Below are positions 11,001 to 20,634 of a stretch of 64,000 nt of DNA, piece after piece. Position 1 is the stretch's first letter; the number at the start of each line of letters is the position of its first letter. A program made the translations under genes and the position numbers. A model generated the notes under the pieces. That model was not told where the DNA came from. It saw only the letters and a program-made list of their open reading frames with translations, and did no database searches. The stretch is from Phoronis australis (lineage: Eukaryota > Animalia > Phoronida): the NCBI GenBank assembly GCA_002633005.1, contig NMRA01000037.1, positions 1,136,160 through 1,200,159 of the forward strand, written 5' to 3'.

Positions 11001-14000
11001 ACATCAGCCAAAATCTCTCAAATGGTAGACATTTCGAGACTGATACAAAAATTTCTGTCATAAAAACTGAACTGTGTAATTACCAGTTTCTGATGAGCAC
11101 ATTGAGCAAAAGTTAATGGACCGATGTTCAAGTATTCCCATTCAGAATGACAGNAACACTGTATTAACTTTTCTCTGTTTACTTGTCTGTGAGAGAAGAC
11201 AAGCAATATCAGAGTCATCTGCATTGCTGTTATAACATCTAAGTCGGACCTATTTCAGAATTTTTAATTCACCAAATCTTATGGTTAATCCGATTTAACC
11301 GAGGCGCAGCTATCATAGGATGCAATTTAATTGTACTAAACAGTTTGGTAAAATTTGAATTGCTTATTTCAAAAGCTTAATATCTAAATGTGAACTTGAG
11401 CACGAGGAGCCAGTGTGACTTTGTGGGAAAAGTGTCACATTGATTTACTCAAGGTGGTGTGTTCGAGTCCCACTGAGGTGCATTGCTGGACCCTTGAGTC
11501 AGATCTCTGGCTTCTCAACTCGGTTGTATCTATAAATATTAACAGAGTATAAGGTGATCAGTGAAATGGACGTTCCAGAGCGGACTGTGCACGTCTAGTA
11601 CAGCAACATGAACGTGTTCTTGGAACTTGCTGGGTCACTAACAGGGGCCCCTAGATGCTGAAAACCAGTTTGGTGCCTATTATTCAGTGGAGGAAACTGG
11701 TTCTCAAAATGTGGGACCCCTATAAATGACTATCACCACATGCTTACCCTCTCTGCTGTTAGTGTTCACTGTAGCATGTTATGTAGAAGTGCTGATAAGA
11801 GTGTTCATGCGCGTTTTGTATCTCTTGATTTGTATGTAGAGTGATAAGCATCTTATTTATAGGAAAGGTCATGATGCAGGGGATCACCCTCCCATCACAC
11901 CCATGAGGTCAGCGTCACAATCAGAACTGGGTCATGATGACTGGCGCCTCTATGACTATATCACTAGGCACTTTATAGCCACAGTAAGTCAATGGACAGG
12001 TTGAGTCAATGGACAGATTGTGTGAGGGAGTGGGGTTTTGGCAGAGGGTGCTTATGACTGTGTGACCAGGCACTATATAGCCACAGTAAGTCAAGTCACA
12101 TATTGTGTGGACGTGTTTCCGACTATGTTGCCAGGTGCTTCATAGCCGTGTTAGTCATTGGACAGATTATAATTGGGGAGCAGTGTTATGGCCGGTCCCT
12201 GTATGACTATATCATCAAACACTTCATAGGCACAGTAAGTCAGTTCACATAATGGGGGGAGGGGGGTTATGGTGGTGCCTGTAAGTCTCTAGTTTGATGT
12301 AATATAGTGCACATGCTGTGTTGTGGATCAGCTGGGAACACCTCAATTTAATGTGGTACACCTACAATGTTGTATTGTTGTGGATCAGATGATAACTCTT
12401 CAGTTCAATGTTATCTTAGTTGGTGTCTTGCAGATTAGCCAATATTTCCCAGTTCAATGTAACCAGCACTACTTGCTATGTCTTGTAAACTGACTCGTGT
12501 CAATTTGATATATCAGCTGTGCTGTTCTTGCGTTGTAGATCAGTCGGGACTGTAAATATCTTCAGAAAACTATTTGTCTGAGCCTGGGTCAGGAGAAGTT
12601 TTCGTGTGTGGGTAAGACACTGCTAGAGATGGGCTTCACTGAAGTCATGCACTGGCAGAAACTGGCACCTGACGAGCACATCCCAGACTGCAAGAAAGGA
12701 GACCGGTTAGCAGTGGAACAGGTAGGTATCTAGTTGCCTTATTGGGATGAAGATTCACTAGATGCTCTATTGATTACGTTATGCCCCTGGAAATTATGGT
12801 GAAACAACGTGATTTATGGGTACAAATTATTTGTGTGGAGTATTAAATTCCCTTTCAAGTGATCTTTATGTGTGTGCATTCAAATGCCNACTATATAGCC
12901 ACAGTAAGTCAAGTCACATATTGTGTGGACGTGTTTCCGACTATGTTGCCAGATGCTTCATAGCCGTGTTAGTCATTGGACAGATTATAATTGGGGAGCA
13001 GCGTTATGGCCAGTCCCTGTATGACTATATCACCAAACACTTCATAGGCACAGTAAGTCAGTTCACATAATGGGGGGAGGGGGGGTTATGGTGGTGCCTG
13101 TAAGTCTCTAGTTTGATGTAATATAGTGCACATGCTGTGTTGTGGATCAGCTGGGAAAACCTCAATTTAATGTGGTACACCTACAATGTTGTATTGTTGT
13201 GGATCAGATGATAACTCTTCTGTTCAATGTTATCTTAGTTGGTGTCTTGCAGATTAGCCAATATTTCCCAGTTCAATGTAATATTATATCACCAGCACTA
13301 CTTGCTATGTCTTGTAAACTGACTCGTGTCAATTTGATATATCAGCTGTGCTGTTCTTGCGTTGTAGATCAGTCGGGACTGTAAATATCTTCAGAAAACT
13401 ATTTGTCTGAGCCTGGGTCAGGAAAAGTTTTCGTGTGTGGGTAAGACACTGCTAGAGATGGGCTTCACTGAAGTCATGCACTGGCAGAAACTGGCACCTG
13501 ACGAGCACATCCCAGACTGCAAGAAAGGAGACCGGTTAGCAGTGGAACAGGTAGGTATCTAGTTGCCTTATTGGGATGAAGATTCACTAGATGCTCTATT
13601 GATTACGTTATGCCCCTGGAAATTATGGTGAAACAACGTGATTTATGGGTACAAATTATTTGTGTGGAGTATTAAATTCCCTTTCAAGTGATCTTTATGT
13701 GTGTGCATTCAAATGCCTGAGAACTGCTGTTTTGTTTTCTCAACATTTTTATGAATACTGTATGGCAAGCAGATATTTTTATTTTTGGTTTTGTCAGAAT
13801 TTTCGTTTTTAGTTTAATGTAAACTTGATTGTGTGAAACATTAAGAGCGACCATTTTGGTTTATCTTAACTGTTGATGGACTTCATTCTATTCCCCAGTC
13901 AGATGTAGATGTTGATTTAAAGAACGTTTGGTTGATTTTGGCTTATATAAAATGTTGAAAATTTGAACTTTTATCACGACATGGAAAAAAACAGATCCAT

Positions 14001-17000
14001 AAAAGTTCCAATAGTATCTGGGTCTCTAATAGATGCCTCACTCTGATAGACTAGTAATGCTCAAATAAGTAATTGCCGGGTCTCTAATTGAATCCCTCTG
14101 CAATAGAGGCCTTCTTTTAATAGAGGCCCCTCTCCAAGAGAGGCCGGGTCCCCATGGTGTCTGGATTCCGTTTAGGAAGGAAACAAAGTTGCAAGTGGTA
14201 CGTAAAGTCATGCTTAAGATGATGTAATAACATGATACAACCTTAGGGTGGATGATTGGCAGAGGCAAATTTTTTTTGTTGCCTTCGTATGATACCTTGT
14301 GTTGGCCTGTTGTGGGACTGAAATAAATACTTCACTCTCATGGAGGTATGTAGCATGTCCAAAAACGAAATGCTCTGGCTATTATCAAAAGTGTATGTTA
14401 ACTTTAACCTGCGTGCTCTTTTCTCTGTTTTAGGCCAAGCTGGTAGAGAAACAGACGAGTCCGCCGGACTACTTGACAGAGAGCGAGGTGATCTCTCTCA
14501 TGGAGAAGCACGGTATCGGCACCGACGCCAGTATCCCCGTCCATATCAACAACATCTGTGAGCGCAACTACGTCACTGTCACGTCGGGCCGACGACTTAA
14601 ACCAACAACTCTTGGTATTGTCCTGGTACACGGTTATCAGAAGGTGAATCTGTTGCCCTTCGTAGTCTCGTTTAGTTGTGTCCTGAACATGTTTTGTCAG
14701 GTCGCAATAAAAACTTGCGAAAACGAAGTGATTTTTTTGTTTTGACCTGACAAAATATGCTGCGTCTAATTCCTGTGTGTGTGTACTATAAAAGTAACCC
14801 GGAGTCTGTTAGAACATCAAATAAAAAATAAATAATAAATTAATAGATTCGTAACATGTGATATGTTACACTTGAGTCTCAAGTTGTATAGAATTTGTAA
14901 TAAATGTGTTTGCAATCATTCAAATAGTTGCTTGCAAGGTCATGATAGTGATAAAGAATGAAGCTTAATTATGACCTTTCAAAGGCAAAAATTGTTATTA
15001 ATTAAATTAAACCATTTTAATGGTTAACTCAATGGACTTGGAGTTAGTGTAATTAATAATTTGACTTCCATTTTAAAAGATTTGTGATGTAGTTTGCCCT
15101 CATTGGTTGGATTTTTATTTTGAAATGAAATGTGTATCATCATGTTGATGTGCCCCTCATGCACTCCTTCACGTGTTTCGTGTCTCGCAGATCGACCCTG
15201 ACCTTGTGCTGCCCACCATGCGCTCTGCCGTGGAGGAGCAGCTGAATTTGATCGCTCACGGGAAAGCCGACTACCAGGCGGTCACTCGCCATGGCCTCGA
15301 CATTTTCACGGAGAAGTTCAAGTTCTTCGTCCAGAACATCGCTAGTATGGATGAATTATTTGAGGTCTCGTTCTCACCACTGGCAGCATCGGGGAAGCCC
15401 ATGTCTCGGTAGGTCACGTGTCTGTGTTTCTCTCTTGAGCAATGATCCAAGAATGATTAAAACTGCATGTTGTGTTGCGTTTCAGTGTTGCACCTCTGTT
15501 GTAAGTCACAAAACAATGGTTTCCTATTCGTTGACATTTACCTACACTTTCTCAGTTTTACGGCTGAAAATAATAATTTATTGTGGTATGATGCAATTTG
15601 CTGCAAGATTTCAATCAATTTGTTTGTCATAAAATATAGATTTTAAAGCAAGGCTCCACATGTTTGAACCTGGCTCTGGGCTTTTCAAACATGGCTCAAA
15701 ATGTCTAAATATAGTTCTAGGATTTTCAAACACAGCTCTCAGCTGATCCCTGAATTTACGTTGGGTTACCATCAAAAGTGACCATGTGAATTTCACTTTG
15801 TTTTGTGGGCCCGGTAAATGCCAAAAGCAGTGGTATAGAATGCTGATTTGCTGTCATGATCACTGGCTAGGTTGGTTTACATTGCAAAAATAGCTACATG
15901 GCATGTGTCAACAATTATGCAAAGTGTGTGTTTATTAGTTAATGAAGAAATGGAGTCATGTGTTTGGTGCAAAGGACCTGACTGGTCATGGGTAGCCCTG
16001 CGCAACGTGCATTAGACCACGTGTACTATGTTGTTTAACTAAGTACTACCTCTAACTTGCTTCCCGATAGTTGTGGCCGTTGTCGACGGTTCATGAAGTA
16101 TATTCAAGCCAAACCCAGTCGTCTACACTGTCCTCATTGTGACGAGACTTACAGCCTGCCGCAGAATGGCAACATCAAGTTGTATAAGGAACTCAAGTGT
16201 CCACTGGACGACTTTGAATTGGTCCTCTGGACGACAGGGGCCAAAGGAAAGGTAAGACTTTTTCAATTTGTGTTGAGTTTCCTCCCAATAACCTTTTTAT
16301 AATTTGTGTCTTTGATTCTTTATCTATAAAGCCAAGTACTTGTTGAAGTGCCCGAAAGTTGCTTGACACTACTTTATGAAAATTTTTGTCACACTTGTTA
16401 AAAGATTTCCTATCATTTGACAAAACAATTTAATTTCCTGGCAGTGGCTTACGACTCCGCTTCAAGGAAAAGTTGCACACCTTTTAGGAAGTCAAAGCCT
16501 TGGCCCTGTTTTTACTGCAGTAAAACTCCTTAGTTGGTACCAGCCTGATTGATTTCATCTGAGCGAAGGCAAAATCATGCCACGTGCGCAGAGGAATTTT
16601 TCTGGGTTTAGCAAAGACCGGATTAATGGGCTTCCGACGTATGCCCGTTTTACTGTATAATGTGCTTGTTTTTTCAGAGTTACCCCCTGTGTCCATACTG
16701 CTACAACAATCCTCCATTTAGGGACATGAAGAAGGGTATGGGTTGTAACGAGTGCTCACACCCCTCATGCCAGCATGCTGTCGCACAGAACGGTGTCTCG
16801 TCATGTCCCGAGTGTGACAATGGTGTACTGTGCCTAGACCAGACATCGGCCCCCAAATGGAGGATGGCGTGTAACAAGTACGTAGTTGTTATAATTTATG
16901 ACAGTCTCAAGTGTGTGGTGATTTGTATTGCTAATTAGGAAAATGTATTTCTGATGGCTATCTGATTTCTTCCTTATAATGAGCTGTTTTGGGACGACTT

Positions 17001-19015
17001 GGGCTGCCATGACACTCCGGAGCCGAATATCGACTTATTTCTCTTTGAAAAACAATTAAAAATCAGACAGTCACATGAAATGCTCCTCACCACACCCAAA
17101 AATTCCCCTCTAATGATGAAAATTTGGAATTGGTGGCTACCAGTTTGGGATTTTTCCCTTGTTGGGAAAAAGTCTTCTCTCCGGAGGCACAGGCAACTTT
17201 GCCCTCAAGTGAGCAAGGGCTCTAGCTTCTAAAGCTCACATCTTTTTGTTGCTAGTAAAAATGCTGTCTAAACTGAGGATTCCCCTTGTAGTGTTACTGT
17301 AAGTAAACCACTGCCCCCTGGTGTTTGTGAGAACACTAATGTTTGATTTGTGTTCTGTTTACAGGTGCAATGTGGTCATCAACTTCACAGAAAACATAGC
17401 GCACAAGATCAGTCTTTCTGAGGATGTCTGCGATGACTGTCAGTCGGTCATTCTGGATGTCGACTTCAACAAGGTATGACTAGCAGTATTCTAATTATTT
17501 AAAGCCAATAGATAAACCCCATTGTTTAATGCGGTGTCATTTAAAAGGCTGAATTGAGTGTGTGAGGCCAAATAGTGAGCTGTGTTGGTTGTCCTAAAAG
17601 TCTATAAGTATAAAATACTTTTTGCGTGGAAATTGTCTCATAGTTTTGTTTGATTTGTAAATTAAAAAACATTTTAAACTCCATTCACAATGCTTTTCTA
17701 TCACTGCGTGTTTACTTTTCAGTTTCTTATAACTGTTAAGCCTATTGACCTGTCGCAAGCTCCGCCTCCTTGCGAAAAATCAACAAACAAACAATAAGTT
17801 TTACCTGACAATGCGTTGCGTGTCGGGTAAAGTGGCAGCTTGGAAACGAAGTTGTGTCAAGAATGCGGCGTTCTGATTGGTCACTTAAGCCGTCACTCAA
17901 AATTCTGGCGATAGGTCAATTACTGAATTTCAACAATTACCACTTGGTGCTTTGCTGGTGTAATTGGAATATGTTCTGTCGTTATCAAAGACCTGTTAAA
18001 TATTTTGTTTGTAATAAAAATAATTGCAGGCGGTCTGGTACAACATGTACCAGACATGTTGGCCCATTGGAACAATTTTTAGATTTTGTTAAAACCGAGC
18101 TGAGGATATAGAGACCTGACTCAGGGGTCTAGCAGTGTGCCCCTGTGGGACACGAACCCACGACCTCCTGTAAAGGAAGTGGATGCTTATCCCACTAGGC
18201 CACACTGTTTCCTCTTGGTTTGTGAATACAGANNNNNNNNNNNNNNNNNNNNNNNNNNNNNNNNNNNNNNNNNNNNNNNNNNNNNNNNNNNNNNNNNNNN
18301 NNNNNNNNNNNNNNNNNNNNNNNNNNNNNNNNNNCTATTTCTAAAGAATAATTATGCCTTGTACTCCACTCAACTATTTCTAAAGAATAATTATGCCTTG
18401 CACTCCACTCAACTATTTCTAAAGAATAATTATGCCTTGCACTCCACTCAACTAAAGAATAATTATGCCTTGCACTCCACTCAACTATTTCTAAAGAATA
18501 ATTAAATCTCAGCGATTGTAAAGTGGGAGTGTAAGACCAATATTCTGTCCTGAGTCTTAAATCGCTTTTCAGGAAACAGGAGGCGCCACGTGTCTTGTGT
18601 CTGTCAGATTAGTACTGGTTGAATTCCACAGACATTCTCCAATCTTGCCTGTTTGAGTGACTACCAGTCTGAGGATGTCTGTGTGCAGGAGTTTCCTTTG
18701 TCCGTTATACTATAAGGTAGGCTTAAAGCAGCTACCGTTGTTAAGTACAACGAAGGTGTAGCTTTGTTCTGAACTCCCGTGTACTCTTTGTAGAACAAGT
18801 CTCCATTGCCTGGGGACAGCACGGCCCACTCTGGCTGCATATTCTGTGACACCATACTGAAACCACTGGTGGACACTAAACATGCTATGATGAGGAAGCC
18901 CCGAGGGTTCAAGAGGCCAGGAGGCAGAGGTCGTGGTCGAGGTGGTAGGTCAAGGGGCAGAGGCCGTGGAAAACCCAAGGACAAGATGTCTCAGTTGGCA
19001 GCCTATTTTGTATAG
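1796..19015 (+). CDS. TOP3B: DNA topoisomerase III beta gene span (spliced; 15 visible coding exons, one segment missing, some exons duplicated by assembly)
   Basis: Exons join in frame at GT-AG sites except across the missing segment. They give TOPRIM motifs ([25 protein letters not shown]), [31 protein letters not shown]-terminal Cys4 zinc ribbons, an RGG box and the terminal [13 protein letters not shown] typical of TOP3B. Confidence 0.97.
4486..4563 (+). CDS. TOP3B: TOP3B exon 2, copy A ([26 protein letters not shown])
   Basis: tttcag acceptor, 78 nt, GTAATA donor; continues the frame of exon 1. Confidence 0.9.
4548..4655 (+). repeat. 40-bp tandem repeat spanning the exon 2 donor (about 3 units; about 2 units at 6605-6672)
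   Basis: Units GTT(C/T)CTAGAGA..AG/G(T/C)A(A/G)TAAAC start at 4548, 4588 and 4628. Confidence 0.85.
5046..5162 (+). CDS. TOP3B: TOP3B exon 3, copy A ([27 protein letters not shown]...)
   Basis: cgcag acceptor, 117 nt, GTAGGT donor; TOPRIM DxD motif. Confidence 0.92.
5895..6056. mobile_element. MITE with 5-bp TSD (hAT5-like); the equivalent copy at 3769-3999 is mostly N
   Basis: Termini CAGTGGCAGATTTAG / CTGGATCTGCCCCAG; perfect GTCAC duplication on both sides. Confidence 0.75.
6543..6620 (+). CDS. TOP3B: TOP3B exon 2, copy B (probable second haplotype)
   Basis: Same peptide and splice sites as 4486-4563. Confidence 0.88.
7063..7179 (+). CDS. TOP3B: TOP3B exon 3, copy B (probable second haplotype; IDAVQ instead of IDSVQ)
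   Basis: Near-identical to 5046-5162 with intact splice sites. Confidence 0.9.
8557..8721 (+). CDS. TOP3B: TOP3B exon 4 ([18 protein letters not shown]...[19 protein letters not shown])
   Basis: ttgtag acceptor, 165 nt, GT donor; conserved type IA motif RQELDLRIG. Confidence 0.95.
9078..9212 (+). CDS. TOP3B: TOP3B exon 5 ([25 protein letters not shown]...YWVLQVQ)
   Basis: 135 nt, AG/GTAAAT borders, GPCQTPTL motif. Confidence 0.95.
9597..9709 (+). CDS. TOP3B: TOP3B exon 6 ([29 protein letters not shown]...)
   Basis: tctcag acceptor, 113 nt, GTATGT donor, phase 2. Confidence 0.92.
10028..10119 (+). CDS. TOP3B: TOP3B exon 7 ([30 protein letters not shown])
   Basis: tttccag acceptor, 92 nt, GTGGGT donor, phase 1. 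Confidence 0.92.
10083..10507 (+). repeat. 71-bp tandem repeat, 6 units, spanning the exon 7 donor
   Basis: Units start at 10083, 10154, 10225, 10296, 10367 and 10438; each is 37 nt of exon end plus 34 nt of intron start. Confidence 0.93.
10654..10975. repeat. Fold-back / MITE-like inverted repeat in a TOP3B intron
   Basis: Arm GCTCGTAAACTTCCGGTGACATCATGGATAACT (10679-) pairs with AGTTATCCACGATGTCACCGGATGTTTACGAGC (10918-). Confidence 0.7.
11406..11530 (+). mobile_element. tRNA-derived SINE head (diverged)
   Basis: B box GTTCGAGTCC followed by GACCCTTGAGTCAGATCTCT; similar to the other two copies. Confidence 0.65.
11863..11983 (+). CDS. TOP3B: TOP3B exon after the missing segment ([16 protein letters not shown]...[12 protein letters not shown])
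   Basis: tttatag acceptor, starts in phase 2, 121 nt, GTAAGT donor. Confidence 0.94.
11951..12250 (+). repeat. Diverged repeat, 4 units, spanning the donor at 11983/11984
   Basis: TATGACTAT..CAC..ATAGCCACAGTAAGTCA-like units at about 11951, 12054, 12118 and 12202. Confidence 0.8.
12539..12721 (+). CDS. TOP3B: TOP3B exon, copy A ([21 protein letters not shown]...DRLAVEQ)
   Basis: ttgtag acceptor, 183 nt, GTAGGT donor. Confidence 0.9.
13368..13550 (+). CDS. TOP3B: Same TOP3B exon, copy B (probable second haplotype)
   Basis: Same peptide as 12539-12721; a synonymous GAG/GAA difference is visible. Confidence 0.88.
14434..14643 (+). CDS. TOP3B: TOP3B exon ([38 protein letters not shown]...GYQK)
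   Basis: ttttag acceptor, 210 nt, GTGAAT donor, GIGT motif. Confidence 0.96.
15191..15408 (+). CDS. TOP3B: TOP3B exon ([18 protein letters not shown]...SGKPMS)
   Basis: cgcag acceptor, 218 nt, GTAGGT donor, phase 2. Confidence 0.96.
16071..16251 (+). CDS. TOP3B: TOP3B exon ([27 protein letters not shown]...GAKGK), zinc ribbon
   Basis: 181 nt, AG/GTAAGA borders, CxxC pairs. Confidence 0.96.
16678..16877 (+). CDS. TOP3B: TOP3B exon ([26 protein letters not shown]...WRMACN)
   Basis: ttttcag acceptor, 200 nt, GTACGT donor. Confidence 0.96.
17365..17473 (+). CDS. TOP3B: TOP3B penultimate exon ([36 protein letters not shown])
   Basis: tttacag acceptor, 109 nt, GTATGA donor; phases match both neighbours. 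Confidence 0.92.
17744..17920. mobile_element. MITE-like element
   Basis: Inverted ends ATTGACCTGTCGC / GCGATAGGTCAAT. Confidence 0.5.
18091..18212 (-). mobile_element. tRNA-derived SINE head
   Basis: On -: A box TGGCCTAGTGG and B box GGTTCGTGTCC, then a body CCCTGAGTCAGGTCTCT shared with 11406-11530 and 35439-35550. Confidence 0.75.
18335..18503 (+). repeat. 39-bp intronic minisatellite
   Basis: Unit CTATTTCTAAAGAATAATTATGCCTTGCACTCCACTCAA, adjacent to an N gap. Confidence 0.95.
18794..19015 (+). CDS. TOP3B: TOP3B last coding exon, copy A (RGG box, ...[12 protein letters not shown])
   Basis: tttgtag acceptor, TAG stop at 19013-19015, AATAAA at about 19321. Confidence 0.94.
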   Translation, partial: NKSPLPGDSTAHSGCIFCDTILKPLVDTKHAMMRKPRGFKRPGGRGRGRGGRSRGRGRGKPKDKMSQLAAYFV

Positions 19016-19543
19016 TATGGTGGAATCTCACTAATTTAGGACATATGGAGCACAATTGAAATTTTACTTTTTTCCCATGAAAGATACGTAGCAATAAGGT
19101 AATGCTTTGACAGGTTCAGGGTTTGTAACCATAGCTACCACCAGACAATATTTTGAAAAATTGTGACTATGAAAAATGAAAATATGGTAATTATTTTTGT
19201 CCAAAATTGGTGAGATTTTATGGTACTTAGTTTGTGATAATGGTTAAGTGGTAGTTTTGTACAGAATGAATAGTTGCTAGTGTATACAATTGTGTTAATA
19301 CTTGATTAGAAGTATGTAGAAATAAACGACTTATTGATGCGTTTAGGTGCAAATGTTTTTTACTTTTATTGAACTGAAGTGAAGAAGGAATAACATTTAG
19401 TTGCAACAGCAAACCATTAGATGCTGCATCATAGTTTTTTATTAAGTTGGCTTAGTTTGTCCACATCATTCAATTAGTTTTACCACAATCTACTGGTGAT
19501 CAAGACACCTGTGGATTATTCACAAAGCATGTAACACTCTTAA

Positions 19544-19727
19544 AGTGGCATTAAACCCTTTGGTCTTATCTTGTTCCTAACTCAGTTTAGGAGTTATTTC
19601 TGGGTTTGGGAAGGACTGAGGGTTCGTTTACTTATTTCTTCATCAGAGGAAGTTTGAAAAATTTCAGGTCACTGGTGAGTGGCCTAACTCAAAAGTTTTT
19701 TGACAGAAAGCACGGGATTTATGCCCT
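19544..19727. mobile_element. Shorter copy of the same TTAA MITE between the TOP3B and NPL stop codons (duplicate at 23222-23398)
   Basis: TTAA flanks; termini AGTGGCATTAAACCC / GGGATTTATGCCCT; 3' end similar to 63110-63164. Confidence 0.72.
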
Positions 19728-19825
19728 TTAAGCACCAATTTTATATTCATTCTAAGAAGTCTGGATCTTACAGTCTTTTTGTGACTATGGATTTTGTCCG
19801 ATGATGACGTCTTGGGCATCAAAAA

Positions 19826-19977
19826 CTAACTTTTTATCCATTCGTAGAAGCCCATATCCTGCAAGGTCTTTTTGTAGTTTTCTATTTCGTCTGAAGACGG
19901 CGTTTTGAGTGGCGGTCGACAAGGTCCACAGTCGATGCCCAGTTCCGCCATGATGAATTTTGGGAGGACGACTGAAC
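19826..19977 (-). CDS. NPL: NPL last exon, copy A (probable other haplotype)
   Basis: Near-identical to 23497-23648 (TLQD versus TLRD). Confidence 0.85.
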
Positions 19978-20456
19978 CTTCAATACAAAATAATGGAACA
20001 TTTTATCGCTCATACATTTGGAAAATGATGGCTGGTGTATATTTGATCAAACCTAAAGTTTTTGTTTTTGAAAATTGTTGATAGGCACCCACGCAAGCAT
20101 AAACGCCCTCTCTGAAAAATGACATAAAATTATTTGAGAGCACTCTTCAGACTTCTGATAAGTCTTCTTATTGTATGCGCCCTCTTGTCTGAAGTGAGAG
20201 AGCCTTTGGGATGTGACTGGAAAGGCTCATGTGTTGAACAACATAATCTAATCAAAGCGTTCAGAAACTGCTCCTTTGGTTCCTTCACTGGATCAGTTCC
20301 TGCCATTGCATTACCAAATCGCTTGTGGGATTCATGGTGAACATTTAGGGCAGCGTATTGAATTTCTGTCGGCCATGATTTCGGAGTCACTCCTATAAAT
20401 AAGAAATTATAACGAAAAACTGGAGAACCCGTGCTAATTTTCCGTTTTGTACTTAC

Positions 20457-20634
20457 AACCTGGGTAATTGTACATTTTCAGCACAAATGACTGCGACCGG
20501 TAAGCTTCTCGCCGAGCGCCCTCTATATCGCCCTCATCAAAACATTTCATCATCCTGTGATAAACTTGAGGGATCATGTTATAAGTGGAGCCGACAGCAT
20601 TGCATATCCCAAGCGCGTATGCACCCAGCAAAAC
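20457..20634 (-). CDS. NPL: NPL penultimate exon, copy A (probable other haplotype)
   Basis: Near-identical to 24107-24284 (RMMK versus RMTK). Confidence 0.85.

Larger units (their letters stand above)
12072..13717. other. Tandem near-duplicate (12072-12888 versus 12890-13717) joined at a single N
   Basis: N at 12889; copies differ by a few SNPs and an indel of about 10 bp. Confidence 0.9.
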
